Notes under the pieces: generated by a model | The model's database searches: none | Told to the model about the DNA's origin: nothing | The model's input: only the letters and a program-made list of their open reading frames with translations | Program-made: the position numbers and the translations under genes | Shown: positions 41,580 through 51,288 of the stretch, one piece after another | How positions within the stretch are numbered: the first letter of the stretch is position 1 | How the letters are laid out: each line of letters starts with the position of its first letter | DNA from: Phycisphaerae bacterium | GTDB taxonomy: Bacteria > Planctomycetota > Phycisphaerae > UBA1845 > Fen-1342 | Direction: 5' to 3' | Assembly (NCBI GenBank): GCA_033764195.1 | Contig: JANRJD010000032.1 | Span: 362,262 to 426,261, forward strand | Length of the DNA: 64,000 nucleotides

Positions 41580-42091
41580 GCAGCGGAATGACCGGCCTCG
41601 GGGCGGTGCTGGCCGAGCAGATGGAGTGGACGAGGGATTGGACCCGGCGGCTGCTCGCCGACGTGAGCGGGGCGGATTGGACCTTTCAACCCCAAGCCGG
41701 CATCGGCCACATTCTCTGGACCTGCGGCCATCTCGCGGTTTCGCAGAACGTCCTCGTTTTTCAACGCTGCCTCGGCAAGAGTGCCTTGGACGAGGCGTTC
41801 TCGGCCCATTTTCCGATGGGCGGGCCGATCCCCTCGGCTGTCGAACACAAATTTCCAGAACCCAAAGCCGTACTCGACGTCATGGAGAGCATGCAGACCA
41901 AGACGGTCGCGGCGATTCGCGAGATGAGCGACGCATTGCTCCGCGAGCCGGCGTTTGGCAAGGATGGCGCTGCGCATCCTCATTATCGCGACAAGCTGGG
42001 TGCCGTCACCCATTGCTTTCGCCACGAAGCGTTTCACGCCGGCCAGATCGCGCTCATTCGACGCCTTCTGGGCAAGTCGTTTCTGCGGTGA
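41576..42091 (+). CDS. DinB/YfiT-like (DinB_2) metal-dependent four-helix-bundle protein
   Basis: His triad positions (HILWTCGHL ... FRHEAFHAGQ) typical of DinB_2. The start codon overlaps the tatA stop (ATGA). Confidence 0.65.
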   Translation: MSSGMTGLGAVLAEQMEWTRDWTRRLLADVSGADWTFQPQAGIGHILWTCGHLAVSQNVLVFQRCLGKSALDEAFSAHFPMGGPIPSAVEHKFPEPKAVLDVMESMQTKTVAAIREMSDALLREPAFGKDGAAHPHYRDKLGAVTHCFRHEAFHAGQIALIRRLLGKSFLR

Positions 42092-42138
42092 CCCGCGCTA
42101 CGACCGCCGGCGCCACCGCAAATAAAGGACCATTTCCG

Positions 42139-42969
42139 ATGAAATTCTCGCCTTTGCTTCGCGCTCTTTGCGTTCTCTCGTTCGGTGCCGCGGTCGCTAC
42201 CGCTCAGACGCCGGCTGCGCCGGCGCCCGCCGCGCAACCGGAGCTGACCAGCGGCCGCCGGATCCTTGAGAAGTCGGATGCGGTGCTGAAGTCCATCACG
42301 GCCGCGACTTACGATGTCGAAGCTTTCGCCGGACCGGTGCAGGCGCCCGACATGGTCAAGTTTGCGGGCAGCGGCTCGGTCGCCGACAAGGTCGACCGCG
42401 GTCTCCCGCGATTTCGCGTGAAGGGATCGATGACCACCAAGGGTCGCGATGCCGCCGGCAATCCGGTCCCGGGCAAGGAACTTGAAATCGCTTACGACCG
42501 CAAGGAATTTAGCACGATCAATGCATCGGAGCGGATGTACGGCGTCTCGCGCAACCCGATGGACTTCGGGCCGATCGTCGACATGACCGCGATCGCGATC
42601 GCCCACGAGTATTGCAACACCCAGCCCTTCAAGGCCGAGCTTGAGGGCAGCGTCGATCTCGAAGCGAGTGAGGCAATCGGCGGCGTCGATTGCTACGTGC
42701 TGAAAGTGGTCTATCCGCAGGGCTCGCTGGTGACGCGCTTCTGGATCGGCAAGAGCGATTTCCTGCCGCGCAAGATGGTCCGCGAGGCGGATCAGGGGGC
42801 CAACGGTCGCGTCGTCGGCACGACGACTCTGACCAACGTCCAGGTGAACCCGACCTTGGCCGAAGACGCCTTCCGCCTGAAGCGGCCTGACGGATTTGGC
42901 GACTTCCCCGCCCCTCAGCCCGTCGTAACGTCGCAATCGGTGGCCGGCAAAGAAGACCCGCGAAAGTAA
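42139..42969 (+). CDS. Secreted hypothetical protein (LolA-like/outer-membrane-lipoprotein-carrier-like beta fold suspected)
   Basis: Signal peptide MKFSPLLRALCVLSFGAAVATAQ. The in-frame upstream part of the track ORF overlaps the DinB gene, so the start was set at this ATG. Confidence 0.5.
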   Translation: MKFSPLLRALCVLSFGAAVATAQTPAAPAPAAQPELTSGRRILEKSDAVLKSITAATYDVEAFAGPVQAPDMVKFAGSGSVADKVDRGLPRFRVKGSMTTKGRDAAGNPVPGKELEIAYDRKEFSTINASERMYGVSRNPMDFGPIVDMTAIAIAHEYCNTQPFKAELEGSVDLEASEAIGGVDCYVLKVVYPQGSLVTRFWIGKSDFLPRKMVREADQGANGRVVGTTTLTNVQVNPTLAEDAFRLKRPDGFGDFPAPQPVVTSQSVAGKEDPRK

Positions 42970-43002
42970 TCCGCGGGCCTTCGCCGAAGCGCCGCGACCG
43001 GA

Positions 43003-43230
43003 CTATTTCTTCATCGCTTCCATCGTGGAAATGACTTCGTCATTCTCCGGGAAGCGACCGGTCTGATGCTTGCTGTAAATCATCTTCCCGTCGACAACGA
43101 CGTCGAAGATTCCGCCGGTGCCTTTGATCAGCTCCGCCTGAACGCCGAACTGATCCTTGATCTCGTCCGCCAAACTGGCGGCTCTGGGCAGATAGTTTCA
43201 CATCGTGCAGTAGGTGATCGACACCTTCAT
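43003..43230 (-). CDS. SelW/Rdx-family selenoprotein (CxxU motif; in-frame TGA = selenocysteine at codon 11)
   Basis: Hand translation gives MKVSITYCTM-U-NYLPRAASLADEIKDQFGVQAELIKGTGGIFDVVVDGKMIYSKHQTGRFPENDEVISTMEAMKK. The TGA falls exactly at the Sec position of the Rdx CxxU redox motif, and the GxFxV and GRFP family motifs follow. The gene is absent from the ORF track because of the internal TGA. Confidence 0.7.
43165..43182 (-). promoter_or_regulatory. Candidate SECIS-like hairpin (GCCGCCAGUUUGGCGGAC) 17 nt 3' of the in-frame UGA
   Basis: CCGCC/GGCGG stem with an AGUUU loop containing G and U. The spacing is roughly compatible with a bacterial SECIS. Confidence 0.3.
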
Positions 43231-43287
43231 GCGATTGCCTCCTTCTCCGCTTACATAGAACTCAGGATGTATGCGTCCCTCAACGGG

Positions 43288-43887
43288 TTACTTCGACCGC
43301 GTCGATGCCCACGAGGATAGCGCCTCGATCAGCGGCCGTCGCTTGGGCTTATAACTTTCGAAACCCAGTTGATCCATCTCGTCCAGCGCGCGCTGCAACG
43401 GCCAGCCCTCCCGCGCGATCCGATAGGCCGCGCAGAGCACGCCGGTGCGATGAAAACCCTGCTCGCAATGAACCAGCACCGGGCCGCCGCCTTCGTCGAA
43501 CACCCGCAGAAAACGCTCAAAGACGTCCGCCGGCGGCATGCGCTCGTCGGAAAACGGAAGATGCACAAAGCCGACGCCGTTCGACTCGCACCAGGCCCGC
43601 TCCTTGCGAAACCATCGGCCGCGCAGGGGGTGTCGCGTGCCGCCTCGGGCGCAGACGATCGTGCCCAGTCCGTGCTTGCGTCGGATGGTTTCGAGATCGG
43701 CCACGCGCGGCTGTCCGCTGCGCAGCAATACGCCAGGCGCCACCACGCTGAAATGCGCCAGCCCGTCATATCGCGCCCCGACCAGCCCCTGCAGCCAGAG
43801 CCACCACTGCTGCGGCTCCATCCAACGCGGGCGCGGGGCCGTCTTCAGCGCGGCCTGGTTCGCCTGAGCTCGTGCGCCAGCGGCCAT
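43288..43887 (-). CDS. Protein tyrosine / dual-specificity phosphatase (CX5R active site)
   Basis: VHCEQGFHRTG is an HCxxGxxR(S/T) P-loop. The start overlaps the pyrH stop by one nucleotide (TAATG). Confidence 0.7.
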   Translation of the reverse strand: MAAGARAQANQAALKTAPRPRWMEPQQWWLWLQGLVGARYDGLAHFSVVAPGVLLRSGQPRVADLETIRRKHGLGTIVCARGGTRHPLRGRWFRKERAWCESNGVGFVHLPFSDERMPPADVFERFLRVFDEGGGPVLVHCEQGFHRTGVLCAAYRIAREGWPLQRALDEMDQLGFESYKPKRRPLIEALSSWASTRSK

Positions 43888-44609
43888 TAGCGCTCCATTC
43901 CGACGCTGGTGCCGACCTTTTCGCCGACGATGACGCGCCGCATCGTGCCCGGTTTCAGCAGATTAAAAACAACGATCGGAATGCGGTGCTGCTCGCAGAC
44001 GTCGATCGCGCTCACGTCCATCACTTTGAGCCGCTGATCGATCACCTCTTTGTAACTGAGCGCCCCATAGAGCTTTGCGTCGGGGTTTTTCTTCGGATCG
44101 CTGTCGTACACGCCGTCGACCTTGGTCGCTTTCAACAGCGCGTCGGCGTTCAGCTCGGCTGCCCGGAGCGCCGCGCACGAATCGGTCGTGACGTGCGGGT
44201 TCCCCGTGCCCGCCGCCAGAATCACCACCCGGCCGCGGTTCATGTGCTGCAGCGCCCGGCGACGAATAAACGGCTCGCAAACGCGCGTGATCTCGAGCGC
44301 GCTCTGAACGCGGGTGTCCTTGCCCGCTCGTTCCAGCCCTTCCTGCAGCGCCAGCGCGTTCAGCACCGTAGCCAGCATGCCCATGTAGTCGGCGGTCGAA
44401 AGATCGATGCCCAGATCTTTCGAAAACGTGGCGCCGCGCATGAAGTTTCCGCCGCCGCAGACGACGGCGACCTGCACCCCCAAATCGACGACCTCGCAAA
44501 TCTCGCGCGCCGTGCGATCGAGCTCTTCACGATGGATGCCCCAACTTCCGGGCGGGCAAAATCCCTCGCCGCTGATCTTCAGCAGCACGCGTTTGTACTT
44601 CGATTGCAT
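43887..44609 (-). CDS. pyrH: UMP kinase
   Basis: KRVLLKISGE...VVCGGGNFMRG and VDGVYDSDPKKNPDAKLY are classic PyrH motifs. Confidence 0.9.
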   Translation of the reverse strand: MQSKYKRVLLKISGEGFCPPGSWGIHREELDRTAREICEVVDLGVQVAVVCGGGNFMRGATFSKDLGIDLSTADYMGMLATVLNALALQEGLERAGKDTRVQSALEITRVCEPFIRRRALQHMNRGRVVILAAGTGNPHVTTDSCAALRAAELNADALLKATKVDGVYDSDPKKNPDAKLYGALSYKEVIDQRLKVMDVSAIDVCEQHRIPIVVFNLLKPGTMRRVIVGEKVGTSVGMER

Positions 44610-44861
44610 GAAATTCCTAAACGGTTCGCACTTCGTTCGACAATGTCATCTTACGGGGACATCCGCCGTTTGCCCATGAGCGAAGCCGGCCGAAGGCGCC
44701 GTCAGACCAGCCTTCACGATTCTCGCGGACGGCGAACCGGCGCGCTGGCGTGCGCGCCATTGCGACGTTCTCGCTCGCCCGCCCCAGCGCTCCCGAAGCC
44801 ACCGCTCGACCTGCACAGGATTTGCCAGCCCGCGCCGGTTTGCGGTATCACGACCGCAACG

Positions 44862-45941
44862 ATGGGCACTCGAAAAGCAGGCAACGGCAACCTCACCTAC
44901 CGCGCCGCCGGCGTCGACATACACGCCGCGGATGACTTCGTCGATCGCATCGGCCCGCTCGTGCGGCGAACCTACGGGCCGCGCGTCATGGGCGGCCACG
45001 GCGGCTTCGCGGGCGCCTTTCGGCTCGATTACGACGAAAAGCTGTTTCAGCGCAACTATCGCGACCCGGTGCTGATCGCCTGCACCGACGGCGTCGGCTC
45101 CAAGCTGCTGGTCGCCATCGAGAGCGGGCGGGTCGACACGGTCGGCATCGACCTTGTCGCGATGAACGTCAACGACCTCATCACCACGGGCGCCGAGCCG
45201 CTCTTTTTTCTCGACTACATCGCGGTTCACAAGCTCGACCCGGCCCGCGTGGCGCAGATCGTGGGCGGCATCGCCCGCGGTTGTGAGATCTCGGGCTGCG
45301 CGCTGCTGGGCGGCGAGACGGCCGAGATGCCCTCGATGTACTCGCGCGGCCACTTCGACCTCGCCGGCTTCGCCGTGGGCGTGGTCGAGCGCGGCCGCAT
45401 CATGAACAGCAAGCGCGTCCGAGTCGGGGACATCCTGATCGGCCTCGGCTCCGACGGCATTCATTCCAATGGCTACGCCCTCGCCCGCCGCGTGCTGATC
45501 GAACATGCCCGCCTGCCGCTCGACAAAGAGGTGCGCTCGCTGGGCGAACCGCTCGTCGATGCGCTGCTGCGGCCGACGCGCATATATGTCCGCCCGATCT
45601 GCGAGCTTTTGCGAAGCTATCGCGCCGCGCCGCCCATCAGCGGCATGGCCCATATCACCGGCAGCGGATTGCCCGGCAACGTGCCACGCCTCTTGCCGAA
45701 GGGCTGCAACGCACTGATCGAGCGCGGCTCATGGCCGATTCCCCCGATCTTCGGACTGATGGAGCATCACGGCGTCGCCGAGCAGGAAATGTACGACGTC
45801 TTCAACATGGGCATCGGCTATGTGCTCGCGGTGAGGCCCAAGTCGGCGGCGCGGGTGCAGCGAGCGCTGGAAAAAGCCGGCGAGCGAGCATTCGCCATCG
45901 GGCGCGTGAAGAAGGGGCAGGGCGAGGTGGAGTTTCGGTAA
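44862..45941 (+). CDS. purM: Phosphoribosylformylglycinamidine cyclo-ligase (AIR synthase)
   Basis: YRAAGVDI...ACTDGVGSKL...DLVAMNVNDL. Start set at the ATG at 44862 within the longer track ORF. Confidence 0.9.
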   Translation: MGTRKAGNGNLTYRAAGVDIHAADDFVDRIGPLVRRTYGPRVMGGHGGFAGAFRLDYDEKLFQRNYRDPVLIACTDGVGSKLLVAIESGRVDTVGIDLVAMNVNDLITTGAEPLFFLDYIAVHKLDPARVAQIVGGIARGCEISGCALLGGETAEMPSMYSRGHFDLAGFAVGVVERGRIMNSKRVRVGDILIGLGSDGIHSNGYALARRVLIEHARLPLDKEVRSLGEPLVDALLRPTRIYVRPICELLRSYRAAPPISGMAHITGSGLPGNVPRLLPKGCNALIERGSWPIPPIFGLMEHHGVAEQEMYDVFNMGIGYVLAVRPKSAARVQRALEKAGERAFAIGRVKKGQGEVEFR

Positions 45942-45966
45942 GCGGAAGCGGCGCATCCTCGAAGCC

Positions 45967-45987
45967 CCGCAGGCTCTAAGCCTGCGC
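45967..45987. terminator. Bidirectional terminator hairpin CCGCAGGCT-cta-AGCCTGCGG between convergent purM and DUF1559 genes
   Basis: 9-bp perfect stem. The stem sequence is shared with the hairpins at 9164 and 55531. Confidence 0.45.
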
Positions 45988-46079
45988 GGTCCCGCATCCG
46001 CCAGCGCCGCGTCGACGATTCGAGCGACTTCGCGTTTCGCAGGACCGCGCGGACCGATGTCCGCGGCACTCCAAAGCGA

Positions 46080-46925
46080 TCAGAATCCGGGCCAGTGCTG
46101 CTCGTAGTAGCGCGTGAAGAGGATTTCCGCCCGCTCGCCATCTGCGTGCAGCTCGTGATATCCCGTCTTCGCGCCGGCGCTGTTTGTGTTGCGCTCAAAC
46201 TGGTCCATCGCGTTTTCGAGATCGTTGCGCTTGGCCAGTTGTCCGCGATGCGGATACTTCGGGCGGAATGGCGATTCCGTGCCGCCCACCGAGTCACGGA
46301 TGATCGGAAATCGCACGTTCCACTGCCCGCGCTGGTTCTGATTCAGCCCGCTCGTGACATACCGTCGCCCTTCGATCATGCGCAGTGGACGGCCATCGAA
46401 ATGGACGTAGTTGCTGATCGCCGGATCGACCAGGCTGCCGCGCGCCGGCACGCTGTCATACGGCATTCCGCGGCCGATCGCCCCCGCGGCGCTGAATGAG
46501 TACGTCATTTTCCAGCCCGTTTCGCCCGCCGAGACCGGAAAACCCGCCGTCGCACTGGGGCAGCGCCAACTGCCGGGCTGCACATACTTCATCAGCACCA
46601 CGCCGACCGTCGTCGGAAAGTTTTCGTTGAACGGGTCCGCGTCGGGCCCGGTGCCGGCAACGGTCGAACCGAGCCGATTCACATCTTCCATGAACGGCGC
46701 TCGGTCGGCGTTGGAGTAGCTGTAGGTCAGCACGCCGGTCCAGATGCACCGCAGGTTGTTCAGGCAGACCACCTTGCGGGCCGAGTTGCGCGCCGCCGAC
46801 AAATGCGGCAGGAGCAGCCCCGTGAGCAGCGAGATGATGCCGATCACCACCAGCAGCTCAATCAGCGTGAACGCAGATCTCTGAGTCCGATTGCGAGTCA
46901 TGTCTGTCATCCTTTTCCCGGACAT
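46080..46925 (-). CDS. DUF1559 protein with prepilin-type N-terminal cleavage/methylation domain (planctomycete type II pseudopilin-like)
   Basis: N-terminus [19 protein letters not shown] is the class III signal/methylation motif. Confidence 0.85.
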   Translation of the reverse strand: MSGKRMTDMTRNRTQRSAFTLIELLVVIGIISLLTGLLLPHLSAARNSARKVVCLNNLRCIWTGVLTYSYSNADRAPFMEDVNRLGSTVAGTGPDADPFNENFPTTVGVVLMKYVQPGSWRCPSATAGFPVSAGETGWKMTYSFSAAGAIGRGMPYDSVPARGSLVDPAISNYVHFDGRPLRMIEGRRYVTSGLNQNQRGQWNVRFPIIRDSVGGTESPFRPKYPHRGQLAKRNDLENAMDQFERNTNSAGAKTGYHELHADGERAEILFTRYYEQHWPGF

Positions 46926-46936
46926 GAATCCTTCGA

Positions 46937-48067
46937 TCAGTTGGTCGTCAGCAAGGCCACAAACGAGCCGATGTCGCCCACAGTGACAAAACCGTCGCCA
47001 TTCGTGTCGGCGGCGGTCGGGTCGCAGTTGGGGAACTGAATCGCGTATTGCTCGGGGTTGGTGAGTGCCAGCACAAAGCCGCCGATGTCGCCCACCGTGA
47101 CGAATCCGTCGCAGTTGGTGTCGCCGGGGATCACGCTGGCAAAGATCAGCTCCAGCTTCGGTGCGGCCAGCCCTGGCTCGGCGTTCACACCCTCTTTGGT
47201 GACGAAGTTCGGCAGCGCCGACGTGCCGCCCATCTGCACCGTCTCCGAAAGCGACGTGATCGCGACGATCAATCGCCCGCGATTCAGTTGCTCAAGGAAG
47301 TACTGGCGGATCAGCGGATTCGCAGCGGCGACATCGATCTCAAAAACGACCGCAAACGGCGGGGCGCTCGCGCCGGGCGTGTAACCCTGCGGCACTCCGG
47401 TCGCCCACGGCGCCGGCGTAAAGCGCCCGACGCCCGCGGCCTCGTTGTGCAGCCCCTTCACGCTGTCTTCGCAATGAAGCTGCACGCCGCCCGCGCCATA
47501 TGTCATCGGAAACGGGTCACGTGCCGCGTTCGCCGTGCTGGTTGCGCCGATGTAGGGCGTGAACTCGGTCCAGGTCGTTTCCACGGTGGTCGGACCAAAC
47601 CCGACGCCGAAAAGCTCGATCGGCCGACCCGGATCGCTGTCGCTGCTTTCGCCATCGACATCGCCGGGCAATCCGCGTGCCACGCCGTCCGCGTTCACCG
47701 TGCCGTCGCCATTGAAGTCGTAGGTGAACCACTCGTCGGCGCTGGTATCGATCAACCAGGTCGCGCCGCTGCGGTTGAAGATGGTGATGCGAATCGTTTC
47801 AAGATCGTCGTAGCTATTCGCGCCCTGATTCGCGGGGATCTGCGAATCGGTCCGCCACGCCGCCAGCATCACGCCGTCGCGGTCGTTGAAGCCAAAGAGG
47901 CCGGTCGTGCCGAACAGCGACGCCGTCGGTCGCACGCCCGGCTGAAAGTTGAACGGATAGTGCCAGCGATCGTCGCTGGGCGTGGCGAAGGTAAAGCTTT
48001 GCGCCGCCGCCAGCGACGCAAACGCGCCGCCGGCGATGATCGTCTTGAGTTGCTTTGTGATCTTCAT
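46937..48067 (-). CDS. Secreted protein with C-terminal double dockerin-like module
   Basis: Signal peptide present. The C-terminus reads [62 protein letters not shown]. Confidence 0.65.
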   Translation of the reverse strand: MKITKQLKTIIAGGAFASLAAAQSFTFATPSDDRWHYPFNFQPGVRPTASLFGTTGLFGFNDRDGVMLAAWRTDSQIPANQGANSYDDLETIRITIFNRSGATWLIDTSADEWFTYDFNGDGTVNADGVARGLPGDVDGESSDSDPGRPIELFGVGFGPTTVETTWTEFTPYIGATSTANAARDPFPMTYGAGGVQLHCEDSVKGLHNEAAGVGRFTPAPWATGVPQGYTPGASAPPFAVVFEIDVAAANPLIRQYFLEQLNRGRLIVAITSLSETVQMGGTSALPNFVTKEGVNAEPGLAAPKLELIFASVIPGDTNCDGFVTVGDIGGFVLALTNPEQYAIQFPNCDPTAADTNGDGFVTVGDIGSFVALLTTN

Positions 48068-48100
48068 GGTTGTCGATTCTCGCCTTGCATGTTTCGCGAA

Positions 48101-48796
48101 TTAGCGACGACGCACCGCGGCCAACGCCCCGACCGCCAGCAGCGCCAGCGCCGACGGCTCGGGCACGATGCTCACGTTGTCGATGTCAAAGCTGAAACCT
48201 TGGTTCAACCCCGCCAGCCCCGTCGGGACGCTGACGCCGATCTGGATATGGCCGATGCCCACAAAGCCGTTGAAGCTGTTCGCTCCAAAGACGGCGTTGA
48301 AATTCAGGCTCTCGAACGAGATGAACTGCGGGTTGGTCGCCTCCAGCGCCAGGCTCAGCGTCGTCCACTGACCGGGCAGGACGGGCTGAAAAAAGACCGC
48401 CGTCGCACCGGGGAAATTCGACGGGCCGGAGAAACGCGCGAAAAAGTTCAGAGGCTGCGTCGCGTTGTGCCGCACCTGCATGCTGAACTGCGTCACGCCC
48501 TGCGCGATCCAGTCGCCCACAAAGGCGTTGCCGCTCGAGTTGAAATCATCCTGCGCTCGGAAAATGACCGGCGTGTCGTTGGCGGCCGAGGTCGCGAAAT
48601 TGAAACCGCCGCTGGCGTGGCTCGAATTGCCCGGCCCGCCCGCCGCCGACCAGTTCAGCGCGCCATTTCCGGCGGAATTGAACCAGTTGGCACTGTCGGC
48701 GGCAAAAGTCTCGGTGAACGGAACAGTCGCGGCGTTCGCGCCGACAACGGCCAGCATCAAGGCCGCGGCGACGGACTTCAGGGCGAATCGCTTCAT
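48101..48796 (-). CDS. PEP-CTERM sorting-domain protein
   Basis: The C-terminus is VPEPSALALLAVGALAAVRRR: PEP motif, TM helix and Arg cluster. Signal peptide MKRFALKSVAAALMLAVVGANA. There is a good RBS (GGAG) 9 nt upstream of this ATG, and the start was reassigned from the track ORF. Confidence 0.75.
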   Translation of the reverse strand: MKRFALKSVAAALMLAVVGANAATVPFTETFAADSANWFNSAGNGALNWSAAGGPGNSSHASGGFNFATSAANDTPVIFRAQDDFNSSGNAFVGDWIAQGVTQFSMQVRHNATQPLNFFARFSGPSNFPGATAVFFQPVLPGQWTTLSLALEATNPQFISFESLNFNAVFGANSFNGFVGIGHIQIGVSVPTGLAGLNQGFSFDIDNVSIVPEPSALALLAVGALAAVRRR

Positions 48797-49010
48797 CTCA
48801 CATCTCCAAAAATAGAAATCTGGGCGCGGGGGGCAGCCTCGCGGGCCGCACTCCCCAAAAGGGCATCTCTCAACGTTCACGCGGCTTGGCAAAACACAGC
48901 CGCGACACGGGTATTTGTAGGAATAGCGCGAAATGCTCACGCGACGCGCAAAACGTTTCACCCGGGGCGGGCGCAATCAGCGTTTTGAATCTCGCGATGC
49001 GGGAGCGCGA

Positions 49011-49568
49011 TTAAGCGCAGGCGGGAGGGGCACGGTCCGGCGCGACCAGCAAGTGGGCACGAGACCGAAGGGAGGCAAGCAGACGCTCGACGACCGCTGC
49101 ATCGAGCAGCCGCCGCTGAGCCGCGCGGGAATGACGACCGGCGATCGAGAATCGCCGAGCGACGATCTTCGCGACAGCGGCAAGCGCCAGGACGACGAAG
49201 GAGATCAGCGGCGCCTCGTTGAACGCGGCGCTGAGCGAATGTTGCAACATCGCGAAATCGGCGTCCCAAATCACGCCCGAGTGCAGCAGCGCGACAATGA
49301 TGACGAAGCGCAGCCAAAATGCGGTCGTATTGGGGAATCGCAGCCAGGCGACGTCGAGGACCTTCAGGAGGCACAGCGCTTGAGTGCCGAGCAGAAGCGA
49401 CAGCCGAAGAATCCCGCCCCATTGCACGTCCGCCGCCACGCCGCCGACAGCGCTGAAGAGCGCCGGCATGTGACCAATCAGCAGCACCAGCCAAAAAGCG
49501 CGCGCCGCAAGGTCGGCGAAACCGCTGCCGAATCGATCAGAATGGCGGGTTGTACGAGCCCGTTCCAT
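49011..49568 (-). CDS. Hypothetical membrane protein (about 4 TM segments)
   Basis: Hydrophobic segments are present and the overlapping plus-strand ORF is low-complexity. There is no motif and the call is uncertain. Confidence 0.3.
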   Translation of the reverse strand: MERARTTRHSDRFGSGFADLAARAFWLVLLIGHMPALFSAVGGVAADVQWGGILRLSLLLGTQALCLLKVLDVAWLRFPNTTAFWLRFVIIVALLHSGVIWDADFAMLQHSLSAAFNEAPLISFVVLALAAVAKIVARRFSIAGRHSRAAQRRLLDAAVVERLLASLRSRAHLLVAPDRAPPACA

Positions 49569-49710
49569 AGCGTCACTGTATATCGGCGCGCCGCGTGCTT
49601 CAATCGCGGAAGATGAATGGTGCCAAAAATATCGCGGCTGAAAGCCACTCTTTTGGTGCTATTTCCGCACCCTTGCGCGAGCCGCCGCAGCGAAACCGCG
49701 CACAACGCCA

Positions 49711-51288
49711 TCAGTCAGAACGTGCGCCTCGCGGCTCGATTGCCACCTCGCGTGATTTCAACATTCCCCGCAACTCCGCCATGCGCACGATCGGCGGCAA
49801 TTCGGTCAGCGTGCTGAGGATCATGCCCTCGCTGCTCGGAGCGCGCAGGCTGCCGTGAACCGCGGCCATGTCGATGAATTCGTCCAATTTGGGGCTGCCC
49901 GCCGAGAATCCATCTTCGAGCGACAGCAGCACGGTCGGCACATTCTGAAACAATCCATGAAACGCCCGCCACAGCCGCGCCAGCGGATCAGGAAACACGT
50001 GCTCTTTTGTCGCGTTCCACCACGCATCCGCGTCGCCGAACCCACTCGGATCGAGCTGCCCGCCCGCCCGCAGAGCGCTTGCGATTGCTTCGAGCTGCAA
50101 CGGATCGCCGCGCAGCATCTCATAGCGATAACGCGCCCCGTCGCGCGAAATCCGCGCCTGTCCGTCGCGGCTGAGTACCATCACCGCGTCGCCATCGACA
50201 AAAGCCGCCAATTCCACGCCGCCCAGATTCACCGCATCCGCCGCAACCGCCGGCGTCTGGGCATAGATCGCGATCATCGACACCAGGCCCCACTCCGGAA
50301 TGACCAAATCCTGCGGGCCATTCAGCGTCGCGCCCGGCCGATATCCGGCCCGCTCCAAATTGCGCACGATCGACATTCGCCGATAGTCGGCGCAGTGGTG
50401 TCCGTGATCGGACATGAGCGTGATATCCAGCCGCCCCTCGTAGCGGAACATCAGCTCCTGAAAGAGCCGGTCATATTGAATCAGCGATTCGACATGGCCG
50501 GTTCTGCCGCGCTTCGAGCCGGTGCAGGACGTGCCGACCATGTACACCAGAAAGGTCTCCTGGTCGCTTGCCTCAAAGGCCTCCTGGAGCTTGCCCAGCC
50601 CGTGCTTGAACCACTTATCGGGATAGACATACGCGAATGCGTGGTCGCTGATCGGCAGGTGATAATCGACGCACTTCATCCACGGCGCGTTGCCTTCCCG
50701 CAAATACAGATTCGGAGCGTCGCTCAGGCGCTGCCCGTCGAAGTATTGCGCCTCGACGCCCGGCACCGGCGAGACCCCAAAGAACTCCGCCAGACACGGA
50801 TCCGTCATCACCGGAAAGGGGCTGACGATGCGCGTCGGTCGATGGAAGTACGCCAAGCGCCCCTGCGCGTGCAAATCCGCAACGATGTCCGGCGGAATGC
50901 TGTCGCTGATGATGAAGAGGTGCCGCTTCGGCTGTCGCTGTTGCCCGACTGGTTGCTGTGCGACCGGCTCCGAACCGGTCTCCCCGTCTTTCAAATCCGG
51001 CGCATCCGACACGCGACTCGCACGCGGGTAGCGCACCTCCACCCGCCGCTCCATCGTCCCATCGCCGTCGGCATCGAGCGCCATCGCGCGCACACCGCCC
51101 GACTGCGGATCGAGCGTCTCCGCCCGATCGGCCCGCCCGTCGCCATCGACGTCATACCGCCGCTCGACGACCCGACCGCCTTCGCGCACCGTCTCGATCG
51201 CCGCCGGCGGAAACGATCGCGGCGTCACCGTGCAGCCCGCGATCATCGTCGCAAACGCGACCGCGGGAAAGAAGGAACCGCTTCTCAC
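49711..51288 (-). CDS. Alkaline-phosphatase-superfamily lipoprotein (type I phosphodiesterase/nucleotide pyrophosphatase-like)
   Basis: Metal-ligand-like segments [13 protein letters not shown] and LMSDHGHH. Lipobox ATMIAGC. The start was placed at a GTG overlapping the hbd stop (GTGA). Confidence 0.45.
   Translation of the reverse strand: MRSGSFFPAVAFATMIAGCTVTPRSFPPAAIETVREGGRVVERRYDVDGDGRADRAETLDPQSGGVRAMALDADGDGTMERRVEVRYPRASRVSDAPDLKDGETGSEPVAQQPVGQQRQPKRHLFIISDSIPPDIVADLHAQGRLAYFHRPTRIVSPFPVMTDPCLAEFFGVSPVPGVEAQYFDGQRLSDAPNLYLREGNAPWMKCVDYHLPISDHAFAYVYPDKWFKHGLGKLQEAFEASDQETFLVYMVGTSCTGSKRGRTGHVESLIQYDRLFQELMFRYEGRLDITLMSDHGHHCADYRRMSIVRNLERAGYRPGATLNGPQDLVIPEWGLVSMIAIYAQTPAVAADAVNLGGVELAAFVDGDAVMVLSRDGQARISRDGARYRYEMLRGDPLQLEAIASALRAGGQLDPSGFGDADAWWNATKEHVFPDPLARLWRAFHGLFQNVPTVLLSLEDGFSAGSPKLDEFIDMAAVHGSLRAPSSEGMILSTLTELPPIVRMAELRGMLKSREVAIEPRGARSD

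Noticed and set aside
41626-42138. N-terminal 171 codons of the 447-aa track ORF 41626..42969
   Set aside because: This part overlaps the DinB-like gene in another frame and is Arg/Pro-rich. A clean signal peptide begins at the in-frame ATG at 42139, which is taken as the true start.
43003-43230. Alternative reading of the SelW-like locus as a pseudogene with a nonsense mutation
   Set aside because: The TGA falls precisely at the Sec position of the CxxU motif, and the reading frame continues with family-typical motifs for 64 more codons. A selenoprotein is therefore the better explanation, pending detection of the sel machinery.
47048-48988. 646-aa plus-strand ORF
   Set aside because: Antisense to the dockerin-like secreted protein and PEP-CTERM genes. 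The sequence is R/G/A-rich with no motifs.
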